Shown: in pieces, positions 34,155-45,831 of the stretch
Numbering within the stretch: position 1 is the stretch's first letter
Layout: each line of letters opens with the position of its first letter
Program-made: the position numbers and the translations under genes
Notes under the pieces: model-generated
What the model saw: the letters and a program-made list of their open reading frames with translations, nothing else
Told to the model about the DNA's origin: nothing
Database searches by the model: none
Assembly (NCBI RefSeq): GCF_000143415.4
Contig: NW_003314345.1
Location: 328,574 to 392,573, forward strand
DNA: 64,000 nt
DNA from: Selaginella moellendorffii
Lineage: Eukaryota > Plantae > Lycopodiophyta
Reading direction: 5' to 3'

Positions 34155-35573
34155 ATGTCCTCCCCCTCTTCACTGCTCCTCGGGGCGATTCTTACCCAAT
34201 GTTTGCTCTTGGCTTCCTGCGCAGCAGGAGAATCGCAGCTGCGAAGAGCCCGCGTTGATTACGAGCAGCCGGAGCACGTCATGGATCGAAACGAGCAAGA
34301 GGCGCTCTACCAGGTCATGGAATCCCTGCTCAATGAGTCCTCCCAGTGGCGAGCCAAGCATCCCCACCCCTGTAGCAGCTACCATCCATGGCCGGGCCTC
34401 GAGTGCCAGCAGCTGGGAGGATCCAGCGGCAGCAGCAGCGATGACTACCTTCTTCACGTCACCAAGATCACGCTTGTCGGCTCCAACCCGGCCACCGCTT
34501 GCAAGAAGAATGCCTCCTTGTCCCCGGCAATCTTTAAGCTCCCCTTCCTCAGGGCACTCGTCATCATGAGCTGCTTTGTATCCCCCAGCACCAACAGCAC
34601 CAACATTCCTTGGTCGGGCCTCGACAAGCTTGCCTCGTCGCTCCAGGTCCTTACTCTCCGCGGGAACTCGGGCCTCACGGGCACCATCCCCAAGCAGCTG
34701 GGAAGCTTGGCCAAGCTCGAGGTTCTCAGCTTGTCGCAAAACGGGCTCCATGGGAGCGTCCCGGTGGAGCTGGGAGGCCTGGAAAAGCTCCAGAATCTCG
34801 ACTTGAGCTACAACTCTCTCGCAGGAGCGATTCCGGGTGAGTTGGGACGGTTGCAGAGCCTGTCGATTCTCGATCTTAGCAACAACAAGCTGGGGGGGCA
34901 TATCCCGGATTCGATCGGGAAACTGGCGCAGCTCAAGAAGCTGGATCTAAGCAGCAACGCGCTGGATGGATCCATTCCAGCCGCGCTTGGGAGCTTGAGC
35001 AATCTCCAGTTCTTGGCTCTGGACAGGAACGGCATCACTGGCGGCATCCCTCGCGAGCTGCAAGGATTGAGCAACCTCCAGTCACTTCTCCTCCAGGATA
35101 ATCCCATGCACACGACCATACCTGACTTTTGGAAGAGCCTTGGAAAAATCTCGCAGCTGAGGCTTTCCAACTCGGGATACACGGGCGGCATTCCGGGATC
35201 CATTGTTCTTCTCAAGAACCTCACGGAACTGGCGCTGGAAAGAAACTTCCTCACGGGCTCCATCCCCGAAAGCCTGGGATCACTCCCAAACATCTACCAC
35301 TTGAATCTCAGCAACAACCTCTTGTCCGGTCTCGTCCCCTTCGCTCCTAGTTTCTACGCGAGACTGGGTGATAACTTGGATCTTCATGGCAACACCGGAT
35401 TGTGCTCTACTGCCGCTGCTAGATCCGATGATCTGAGGAGCTGCCCGGGTGGAAAATCGAGCCAGTCATTGTCATCATCCAGCTCTTCCTCGGCTCCATC
35501 ACAGCAGCAACGAGTTCTTCGCAGCTTCTTTTCCATCTCCGTGTTCTTTTACTTCATCTGTACGATTCCTTAG
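34155..35573 (+). CDS. LRR receptor-like protein (PII-2/RLP29-like), intronless
   Basis: 472 aa: signal peptide, HPHPC..WPGLEC cap, about 11 plant LRRs (LxxLxLSxNxLxGxIP), hydrophobic tail, no kinase domain. Confidence 0.93.
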   Translation: MSSPSSLLLGAILTQCLLLASCAAGESQLRRARVDYEQPEHVMDRNEQEALYQVMESLLNESSQWRAKHPHPCSSYHPWPGLECQQLGGSSGSSSDDYLLHVTKITLVGSNPATACKKNASLSPAIFKLPFLRALVIMSCFVSPSTNSTNIPWSGLDKLASSLQVLTLRGNSGLTGTIPKQLGSLAKLEVLSLSQNGLHGSVPVELGGLEKLQNLDLSYNSLAGAIPGELGRLQSLSILDLSNNKLGGHIPDSIGKLAQLKKLDLSSNALDGSIPAALGSLSNLQFLALDRNGITGGIPRELQGLSNLQSLLLQDNPMHTTIPDFWKSLGKISQLRLSNSGYTGGIPGSIVLLKNLTELALERNFLTGSIPESLGSLPNIYHLNLSNNLLSGLVPFAPSFYARLGDNLDLHGNTGLCSTAAARSDDLRSCPGGKSSQSLSSSSSSSAPSQQQRVLRSFFSISVFFYFICTIP

Positions 35574-35982
35574 AAAAATTTTGTCCCTCGAGCGATTGGA
35601 TCTATATAAAACTCTCTCGAATCTGCTAATCTCGAGCCAAGTACCCACTATCGAAGTACCCACTGTGACCGTTTGCTCCGACCACGCTCCCTCCAACGAA
35701 GAGACCCCACACGGAACGGGAGAGCAGAGAAGAAAAGTAGAAAAAGGCAAAAAGAGAGAAGCGACATCACACCCCCATCTGCTGCATCGCTGATGCTTGC
35801 TTGCTAAGAGATGCGTACTTGGAGTACTTGCCGCTGCCAGATCTTCAGTGGGCGGTCTTGTCTATTTTCCCGCTAGCAATGAACCCTAAATTTTGGATGA
35901 CACCAGGAGATTATGATAGTTTAAAGCTATATAGGATAGGGAGAGTTCAAAAGAAGCTTACATTCTTTAGCTTCCTGATAAT

Positions 35983-36060
35983 GGAATTTTGTTTACGATT
36001 GATGTGTTGTTTGACTGTAGAGTTTTTGAGGAGAGTGGAGCACGATCTAAAACTCAATGC
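35983..36060 (+). other. Inverted captured fragment of NOL10 intron 1/exon 2
   Basis: atgtgttg.ttgactgtaga.tttttgaggagagtggagc matches the reverse complement of ~48423-48515. Confidence 0.8.
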
Positions 36061-36227
36061 AACGCTAGGTATGGTCCACGGACGTTTGACATAAGGAGAT
36101 TTCATACCAGCTGTGTAGATCCACTGGGTGTCTGGAATTGTCGAAAGATTCACAGGCACGGGCAAAATGGAAAGAGTAAGTTCCACTTGACCGTAAAACT
36201 GAGTTGCGTTTGACGGTCCCGAAATTC

Positions 36228-36277
36228 TATTTCCGCCTGTCACGCGGACGACCCGGGTTCGATCCCCGGCAACGGCG
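36228..36277 (+). pseudogene. 5'-truncated tRNA-Asp(GTC) fragment
   Basis: tccgc-ctGTCac-gcgga anticodon arm, then cccgggttcgatccccggcaacggcg. The 5' acceptor strand and D arm/A box are absent. Confidence 0.88.
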
Positions 36278-36357
36278 AATTTCTACCCTGGTACGTTTTT
36301 CTAAAATAACACACAAGTGGTGTGTTTTGGGTTCTTTGAATGATCCTTCATCACGTT

Positions 36358-38104
36358 TTACATTCTGAACATTGAGATGATCTCATCCATGCTAAGGCTG
36401 TGCTTGTCACACCCTTTCTCGCCAAATGCAAATTCCACCATCTTCTTTTTCTTCTCCTGAATGGCCAGAATCTGCTCCTCCACGCTCTCCTTCACCATAA
36501 ACTTGGTCACGTGGACCGGCCGGGTTTGAACGATGCGGTGCGCCCGGTCAATTGCTTGGTCTTCCGTCGTCGGGTTCCACCACATGTCGATTAGCAGCAC
36601 ACACGAAGCTGCTACCAAGTTGAGACCACACCCAGCTGCTCTGAGCGATAATAGCAATACCATCACCTCTGGATCCCTGTTAAACCTGCTGATTTCAGCT
36701 TCTCGTTTTGTCATGTTCATGCTCCCGTCAATTCTGGTGAATTTGATCCCCCAGCTCCAGTTCGATCAGGTCAAGCATCGAAGTCCATTGCGAGAAGATA
36801 AGGGATTTCTCTCCCAGAGGGATCATCTTGAGAACACCCATGGCGGCTCTCAACTTTGCGGACTGGCCGATTTCCTGCACACCTCGCTCAAAATCGTGTT
36901 GCTTCTCCTGGGCCTCCAGCTGGAGCTTCTTCAAGTTCAATGCTTGTCTCATATGCTGCTGGTCCTCATCGTCATTATCTTCTCCCAGATCATCACCTTG
37001 AAACAGATCTTCACTCTTGAGTAGTGCAGGATGGTCATACATTTGCCTGAGCCGCAGTAGCATGCTCAAGATCTTGAACCTATTCTTCTGCAGCGTCCCT
37101 TCATTACTGTACTCGTCAATCCTGTTGTTGTACTCGCGTCGAAGTGACTCAGAGATTTGTCGCTCTGGGCTTGAGAGCTCCACCTCCACCCGGCTGACCA
37201 GCCTCGGTGGCAAGCTCAACACAGGCTGGCCATCAATGAGCGAGGTCTTGCTTCGCCGCAGGACAATGCATTTTAGTGTCGCTGAGATGCCCGTCTTCTC
37301 AAACTGCTCGTAGTGGAGCTTGAAATCCGCATGAGACTTGTGTGGGCTGATCCGGAGAAAGCGGAAGAAAGCAAAGAGGTCCTTGATGTTGTTCTGCAAG
37401 GGCGTTCCCGAGAGACCCCATCTGTAGGTCGCAGAGAGATCCCTGCAAGAGAGCGAGACTTGGGTGTAGGCATTCCAGATGGATTGCGCCTCGTCCAGCA
37501 CCACCCTATGCCACGCCACTGTGGCCAGCGGACCGAACGGGAGATGCCAGCTCTTCTCAAGTCTCTTCTTGAGCGGAGCAATCTGGCTGTAGTCAACACC
37601 ACAGTAGTCCTTCGTGACCACGTTGGACTTGTATGGCACCTCCTTGGCCACGACCCCGTACGTGGTGATCACCACGTCGTATGATGCCAGCGTCTCGGGC
37701 GTTGCCTTACGCTTGTTCTGGTCGTGGTAGACAAGCGTGGAGAGCTGGGCCTGGGGCGCCACCTTGATCGCGATCTCACGCTCCCACTTCATTGGGCAAA
37801 GAATGAGGCTGCCACCTTTGATCTTGTCAATGGTAGGGTCAATGCCATTGGTCCTTGGCCCAGCCTTGAGGAGAAGAGCGATGGTGGAGACGGTCTTACC
37901 CAAACCCTTCCACGTCCGCAAGGATGCCTCCTTTTGTGACGCTAGACTCGCACGCTAGCATCCAGGGTGCTTCATCAGGTCAGCCCTCATTGACCCAGCT
38001 TCCACGTCGCAGTCCGCCTTTGCTTCTATGTACATAGACGACTCCTGCATCATTCGTTTCTTCCTCCATATGTCCACAAATTCCTCCTTTCGCTTCTTCG
38101 CCAT
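36358..38104 (-). pseudogene. Intronless RAD5/RAD16-type SNF2 helicase pseudogene (RING finger absent)
   Basis: GGILAD/GLGKT, RVVLDEAQSI, WGLSGTPLQN, IFSQWTSML, QAIDRAHRI. Frameshifts near 37910-37970 and 36745. Confidence 0.88.
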
Positions 38105-38569
38105 TCTGTGCAAACGAAATGAAAATGGAAACCCGGTTTATAGATGTTCTTTCAATGCAAGAATATTCCGTCTCGCATACTCTAGAAATTGTGAGATCAG
38201 ATACAAATGCTTGTAAGTGTGAACTGCGGCTACTGGTAGCCGGTGGTCAGCGAGTTTACGAGAGCTCTCTCTTCTTATTCCACGCTTTTCATCGTCGTGA
38301 CAAGCTATGTTTGTCACAAAGTTTTTGAAGTAAGCTTCTTTTGCAACTCGAAAAAACCTTACTGCTGGAAAACCGGCAAAGTATCTTGGCTGCGTTTGAG
38401 AGAGGAAGAGGCTGTTCTTACTTACGTGCAAGATCTGGCGATGCCAAGTTGTCCTCTCATACAGTTGCATGGTTATCAAGAACGAGACAAGGATAAGATT
38501 GACGGCTAGACCATTATCTTTTATTTATTCTATTTGAGGTTCTTAAAACTGTTTAGACGTCCTACATCT

Positions 38570-40524
38570 TCAGTTTATGGCTCCACGCTGAAGCTGTCCC
38601 GTTTGAACAGACCTCTCAAAATCCCAGTGGAGGTTTGATTGATCTTCATTTCTTATGCTCCAGAATGACCACCCGAATGAAGCCTCTTTGTACACCGTCA
38701 GCTGTGCAGTTGCGTACCTTGCGAAGTCTTCATTAGAAGCTCCTATAACGTTGATTTGGTTGCTCCATTCGCCTTGGAAAATATTACCAGTGAATTCTCT
38801 TCTTCCACAATAAAAGAATAAACTTCGGCAAGAACGTACCAACAAAAATGAGAGCGTTTCCTGCTTTTTCCAGGTTTGCAATGCTTGTTCTTCGCTCATT
38901 GTTGATATAATCGACATGCCACTGGACAGATTTGTCGTCGAAGGTTGGAGTGTAGGCGTTGTAGTAATGAACGTCAAGGACCACATTCGTCGAGCCATTC
39001 AGGGTGTTGACGAGCTCGATTGGATCGGCTCCAATTCTCTGGCCCATGATCACGTAAGCAGTGGAGCTGTATTTTCGAACTCTTTCATAGCCTTGCTTGT
39101 AGTAAGTTTCGAGAACGTCGAGGCTAACATCTTCCTTTCGAGCCTCGTTTAGGAGCTCGATGCCCAACAACGCTGGATGTCTCGAGTATCTGCTATGTTG
39201 CAATTTTTCGTCAGTTCCTCGAATTTCTGGAAATAATACCTGGAAGCAAGAAAGTCGATGACTTCGAGTGTTGTATCGATGTTTTCCTTTTTGCTCCACG
39301 TTGAAACTCCATCTCGATTAGCACTGTGCTCCCAGGGATTCTGTGATCCAGGTGCTGCATGAAGATCGATAATAACATTGATGTTGTTGCTCCTGTGACC
39401 ATGAAGGATAAGAGAGAAAGTTATTACTGAAGAGCCAATTTTCACCCAGCCCATGTAAATGCGTTGTCTAGAGCTTGCAAAGATCCTCCAACGAAAGGCT
39501 TCGGTGGGCTGGGATCGTACGCTATCCACCATCCAACGGGAATCCGGACAGTATTGATTCCATTGGCAGCAAGGAACTCAAAATCCTTCGCAGTGACAAA
39601 GTTGTTTCGATGATTCTTCAAAACGTTAATTGAAAGAAGGAACATTGTAATCAGCGTGGATATAACTTTGAAAATCATACGAACCGCAAAGACAACTTGG
39701 GCGGCGGAAGAAGTGCCGAAAGCATTGGCTAGTTGAAACTCTCCATGAAGAGGGGCTCGATTGCTCATCTCGAAAACGGCAGCGTTGTTATCCCACCCGG
39801 GCTCGCCATTGTAATCGGCAGTGAGCTGGTTTTCATCTTTGGCCTGGAAATTTGGAACCACAAGGAACTCAACGAGGCCATGAATCATGATCATATAAAA
39901 ATGTTTGGAGAGATCTTACCTGCAAGTACATGCCACTGTAAGCTTTTATATGAACTAGCTTGGGGTTATTGGGATTGCGAAGAATCTCAAATGTTTCCCA
40001 TTCTCCCGGAGTGTCTTTGGTTGAATCCACGCCGCTCTGATTAGCCACCGAGACAAAGTTGTTGTTGAAGACACGGAGCTGGAATTTGGTGCTGCTTACT
40101 CGCCATAGCTACACCAGAATTTGCTTGAAAATTGGGAACAGAGATTCTTGTGCTCAATGTGAGGACTAAACCTTAAATGTCTCCCAGCCCGATGCCATTT
40201 GCCTGTCCACAACCATTTTCTGCCCTCCTCCATCCTCGGCGCAAACATATGTTCCTAGATTCACGGATTTGAGCGCTATTTGCGTTCCATCCTGCAAAAG
40301 ATCTTATCCATAGGCAATGATGATTGTTTTCTTTTGTGAACCTAACCTACCAGGAGATCCCTGTTTTCTAGAATGGCGTCGAACAGGGACATTTTCATCC
40401 ATCCTTCAATCACTAGCCATCCCCCAAGGTTGACGGAGCGAATCTTGAGGGGCGAAGCTGCAAAACTCTGGATTACTGTCAGCAGGGAAATTGTTAGAAA
40501 CATGAGCAAAAAATCTGGCCGCAT
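38570..40524 (-). CDS. GH5 exo-1,3-beta-glucanase with fascin-like insert, copy 2
   Basis: Same motifs and exon layout as copy 1 ([40 protein letters not shown]). Confidence 0.92.
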
Positions 40525-41699
40525 TGTTGCAAGACTCTAAAAGTTAATGGGACACCTATAAAAATACCAAGAAGCACTGGGTGAAGCACTCTCAGCCATG
40601 GTTCTCAGCTATATTGCAGTAACAGTCAAAGCACTGAAAGGCACCTCATTTTTTAACCAATTACTTGAGGAGCGCATGGTATATCCAAATCTTTTGGCCT
40701 ACATTAACTTAGTTGACTTCAAGTCAACAAGGAAGTTAACGTTAGTTCAATGTATGCATGTTCATATGTCTAGTAGATGGAGAGCCTTTGACCCCAGATG
40801 TTTGTTCACTTAGGGATTGGTCATGTCTTTGCACTGTGGGTAAATGAGGCATTTTGAATGAGTAAGCCTTTATCTGTGTATTTAACAAAAATGTATTTAT
40901 TATATCTTTTTAAAGTTTATTAGAAGAGGAAGAAGATAATAGTTTGTCTTTGTCAGGTCGTGAATCAAATGCTTCAAGTGTTAAGAGTGAAGGTAATCCC
41001 ATATTCCCACTTAAATAGTGTTTGAATTTTTGCTGTAGGCATTTGGAAGTAGGATTTAATAGTCCTACGACATTTGGCACTTAGATGAATTTCAAGATTT
41101 GGAGACTAAGACAATGGGCTTTCTAGCAAGTTATCTTCAAATTTCTCATTCTCAGTCCATAATTTACAAATATATGTGGCTCATCGATCCACATTGGAGT
41201 AGTGTATACTACTATATTCCTCCATATGAGGTACTTAATCATGTCCAAACAAATATTGCTACCATGTCGGCACAACATAGAAAATTGTCAATTCCTGCTC
41301 AAGTTGTGGAATTGCAGGATATCATTTCAGTAGTTGTTACTTTTGTGATGCTTTAGTCATACACTACCCAAGATAATTGCAAGATAAGCATCATTCAACT
41401 ATTGATATATGTAAATGCTTTATGCACTGAGAAACAGTGTCAGATGCTTGGGTTTGAAAACAAACTAATATAAGGAATTATCACAATCCAATTGTAAACT
41501 TATACCATGTGATAAAATATTGTGTCTTATGCTATTTTTACACTTTGGGATGCAGATAGAAGCTTTATACAAAGGATAGTTTCAAATTCGTGGTGGTTTT
41601 CCATCTACAACCACACTTTATGGTGGCCAAGCTTTCCAAATGCAATTTGGGAATGACAAAGATCACATAAGATCGCCAACGGAACACTGATGGCTGATC

Positions 41700-42470
41700 C
41701 TGAAAAGCTAGGTGCTCCTCCCTTAAGCAGCTTTTCTTAAGCAGTTAAGAGCTTTTCTTGGCTTTGCTAACTATTTGAGGAAGTTTGTGCAGCATTTTTG
41801 CGACAGCCCTCACCGACATTATATGCTGTCTACCTTTTCGTGGTAAGAGGCGGCCCAGAAAAGCATCCGTCTCGACTACAAATTCCTTGGAGAAGTCTGA
41901 AACGGAAAGCAGGCGCTCTTTAAAGGATGCCAGACGTGGGAGTCGGGGGCGTCTTGCTACAGAACAGTCGCTTCATAGCGTTCGAAAGTTGACGGCTCTC
42001 GATAGCAGAATCTCGGATGACCGCTTATGAGCAGGAGATGACAGCAGTGATCCACACAGTTTGCAAATGGCGCCACTACTTATCATTACGACATTTCCAT
42101 TTGCAAGTGGATCACCTCAGTCCGTGCTTCTTGATGGATCAACAACACCTCAATTAAAAACAACGACGACGAGTTAGCAGAACCTTCTGGTTTTGCAAAC
42201 ACGTCAGGAATGATATTGGAAGTACCTGCTTGTGTACGGCGTCCCAGAGTATCAGCATTGGCGGCAGCCGTCAGCGGGAGTGCAACAGCCGATTGTTTTG
42301 GATGGGGGACTTCTCTGCAGGAAAGGCTGCATCATACTCAGCAACTGACACACGTCAAGTGTTTCGAGAGTGTGGTCTCGTTGCTGGTCACCCAGGAGGA
42401 TCTTCCACATTAGCTGCCATCAAGTTACGTTTCTATTGGAAGGGGATGCAGAAGGAGGTGAAGCCGTCCT
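41700..42470 (+). mobile_element. Degenerate Gypsy RT/RNase H/integrase remnant
   Basis: FLGFANYLRKF, YEQEMTAVIH..CKWRHYL and RFYWKGMQKEV fragments in broken frames. Confidence 0.7.
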
Positions 42471-42690
42471 TGCTGCCGCCCTGATCGAGCGCTAGCCTAC
42501 GCCACCGCAGCCAAGCTCGAGTTCGTACGGCGTCTTCTGTGAAGAAAATCGCCCAACCAAGCACCACAACCGGCTACTTAACTGCTTCTTTGTTCCCGAA
42601 AGTTTAGTTCTTCGATCACATTACAAATCGCGATAGTTTGTTGCCTAGCTATAGACATCGAAACAACTCCGGAAAAACTCCTCTTGACTT

Positions 42691-44513
42691 TTAAGCTAGT
42701 CCGGCCTCCTTCAAAACCTTTTCGAAAGCTTCGTCGTCATCCCAGGCCACCTGCAAGAGAGAACACTTTAAACCCATCGAGGAAAGGAGACAAAAAGTGT
42801 CGTAGAAATACCGGGGAAATGGTTTTGCCGAAGTGCTCCTCGATCAGAGTTAGCATCCTCGTGTCCTCCTGTGTGACAACCAGATTAAATGCAGCTCCTG
42901 CAACCAAAGCTCTCACACGTGAGACGATGCTCTGGTTGAATGATTCTTTCTACCTTTCCTTCCAAATCTTCCACTTCGGCCGATGCGGTGTAGATAAGTT
43001 TCATAGTCCGGCTGCTTGGGATAATCCCGCGTGACTGGAAGATCGAAGTTAACGACCAAAGTGACCTGAAAAGCATCCGCAAGTCAGAGACGGGTACGAA
43101 GAAAAACACCTCAAAAGAAAAGCATTGACAAGGACACCTGCGCGACATCGAACCCCCTTGAAAGAACGTCAGTTGAGATTAAGATCCTGGTTATTCCCTG
43201 TCGGAACTCGTCGATGATCTTGTCACGGAGGTCGGGACTATATCCTCCCTGGATAGAACTGCACTTATGACCGTCTGCTTCCAGCTTCTCGTGCAGCTCG
43301 GTCACACTACGTTGGCTCTTGGCGAAGATGATCGACTGTCCGAGCTTCTCGGCAATGGGGAAGATTCTATCCTTGAGAACCTCAAACTTGGCAGCTTCAG
43401 AGGGACAATCTACACGGTACTGCTTGATGACGTCCAGCGAGAGCTCGAGCTTTTCGACGAATACTCGGTTTGCTATCGGGATACTTTTGGACACGAAATT
43501 CTTCACCTTTTCGCTGAAAGTTGCAGAGAACAGCAAGAGCTGCAAGGAAAAGTCTTATCTTCTTTCCTAGGCAGCTAGGAAGAATGAAATCTCACCTGGC
43601 AACTCGGTGCTTGCTTGTTGATGCGTCGCAATAGCTTCATGGAAAAGTCGCGAAACCCATTCTGCAAGGACGTATGAGATTGAAACAATCACAACAGCAT
43701 TGAAGCCTACTTGGTCTAGCATATGATCAGCCTCATCAAACACCAACACTTTCAAGTGTTGCACGTCTAAGTTTCTCTCGTTGACGATAGCCCTCTCCAA
43801 AGACCCAGGAGTACCGAAGATAACTTGGTCGACTATATGTCCGCGGAGTGAGCCCCTGATACTTTCCGTAGGAGGTATGATACAGGTCGATTTGATATCA
43901 CTGAAGCGTGCCATTCTTTCGAGCACTGCTTGGTTCTGCGAGGAAAAGAAAAAACGAGGATCGATCGTTTACATATCACCGAGCACAACAAAGAACTACG
44001 AACCTGGAGTGCCAACTCTCGTGTTGGACAAACGCACAGAGCTTGCGGTTCGTGCAAAGAAGTGTTGACGCGACTTAGCATGCCGAGAACAAAGCATGTA
44101 GTTTTCCCAGAGCCATTGTGCGCTTGAGCCACCAGATTGCGGTGCGGGGGATTCATGATCAGCGGCAGCGTCTCGGCCTGGATCTTGCTCGGCCTCTCAA
44201 ACTTCATCTCGGAGTAGATCCCTCTCAGCAGCGGCTCGGAGATTTGAAGCTCCTCAAACGTCTTGGCCGAGGTATACAAGCTGTTGCCCTCGACGAGCTC
44301 CTGTTTCCCACACACCAGGATTTCACCCGCCGCTCATCTTCGACACCAATGACATACCTTGTCGATCTTCGTCTCCACTTCGTCGTTGAGCTTCTCGGAT
44401 CGCGGCTTCACTGGCGCAGCTTTCGAATCGGCGCCACCAGAGATCGCCAGCGCTCCAAAATCCAAGTCTGCTTCATCCGCCCAATTCGTCTTTGGCGCGG
44501 GCGCGGGATTCAT
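42691..44513 (-). CDS. LOS4: DEAD-box RNA helicase 38 (Dbp5/LOS4 mRNA-export helicase)
   Basis: [56 protein letters not shown]. Confidence 0.95.
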
Positions 44514-45079
44514 GATGCTGTAGCCCTAACTAGGGTTTTAAGAATGTTTAAAAATACTCTTGCGTTTAAAACAAAGCGGGATGTTATCGATGGGAGCTAG
44601 TCTGGAACACGGGCTGCATGGCAATCATGGGACGAGAAATCTTACTCTCTCTTAAGATCCGGCACTTCAACCCGAGAAACCCGCCGGTGTTCTTCTAGAG
44701 GAGATCAAATCCAAAAGCGTGAGTGCTCTCTTTCCCCACAGGGGACGAGGAAATCGACTGGGCTGCACTGAGTGGCTCTTGGCTTCGATGATATACTCCA
44801 TATATTGTGTCTAGGATTCTGGCAAAGAATTAGAAGGAGAAAAGGAACATGCCTTCTTACAAAACAAAGGCTCTTCCACCGTGGTGGCATTCATGGCATA
44901 TGCCCTGAAGGGTTCGCCTTGCTGAGGCTAGAAACACGTTTCATGATGTTGTCCTAGAATGTTCTTGTGTCTCTGTGAAGGAATGACGCGAAACATGGTA
45001 TCCATGGTGGAAAAACTATGCCCATTTTGGGCATTTGGAAGAGGCAAAGCACCTGTTTTATCGAATGCCACGTCAGATT

Positions 45080-45153
45080 GGATGTGGAATGGAGACCTGG
45101 AAGACGCGAACAAGTTTTCTGATTCTATGCCACAGCAGAACGTAATCTCTTGA
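45080..45153 (+). pseudogene. PPR-gene fragment
   Basis: NGDLEDANKFSDSMPQQNVIS* resembles the PLS-class PPR motif G.LEDA..FD.MP.RNVVSW. Confidence 0.55.
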
Positions 45154-45831
45154 ATAACCTATGAGATAGATGAAATGCATCTAGTATCCTGGAATGCTAT
45201 GTTCTTTGCATATCCAAGCGTTCAAACCGCTCCAGATCAAGGGGACAAGATTCTTGCGCATGGCCTGTCCATCGGGCCATGGGTGTAAACCGCGGAATAT
45301 TTCCTGGGCACCAAAGACTGTCTTCACCAAGACAACCTGGAATTCTGTGCTACAGTTTCCGGCTTCTGGAGAGAGCACAATTATCTTGAAAAACTTATGG
45401 AGTACTCCTGGAGGGAGAGAGGAAGAACTTAATTAACAGGAGAACCAAGCAAGCTCCTTTCGACCTTCTCTTGACAAGGTGTTGGGCGCCTCCACCACTG
45501 ACCAGAACTTGGAATCGGCTCCAAACTGCACAATATATACTGCTCTTGCCATCAGTGCACGTCATGGCCACCCATGAATCATCAAACTCCTCGTCACAGC
45601 GTGAAACAATGCCTCTCAGCAACTGTCAGTTGGAAACGATTTTTCATTATGCATTTGAAAGCCGGTCCTGATCCAGCTGACGGAAGGACAAGCCGTAATG
45701 AGTTTCCAGCCCCACTCTTTGGAATCAACCAGAAAAATTCGCTAGGAACCATCCCACAGGTTCTGTATCTCGTGATCCTCGTCGCGAAACACCACCAGCT
45801 CACCATGATCCAGCACTTCACGGCATTATAA

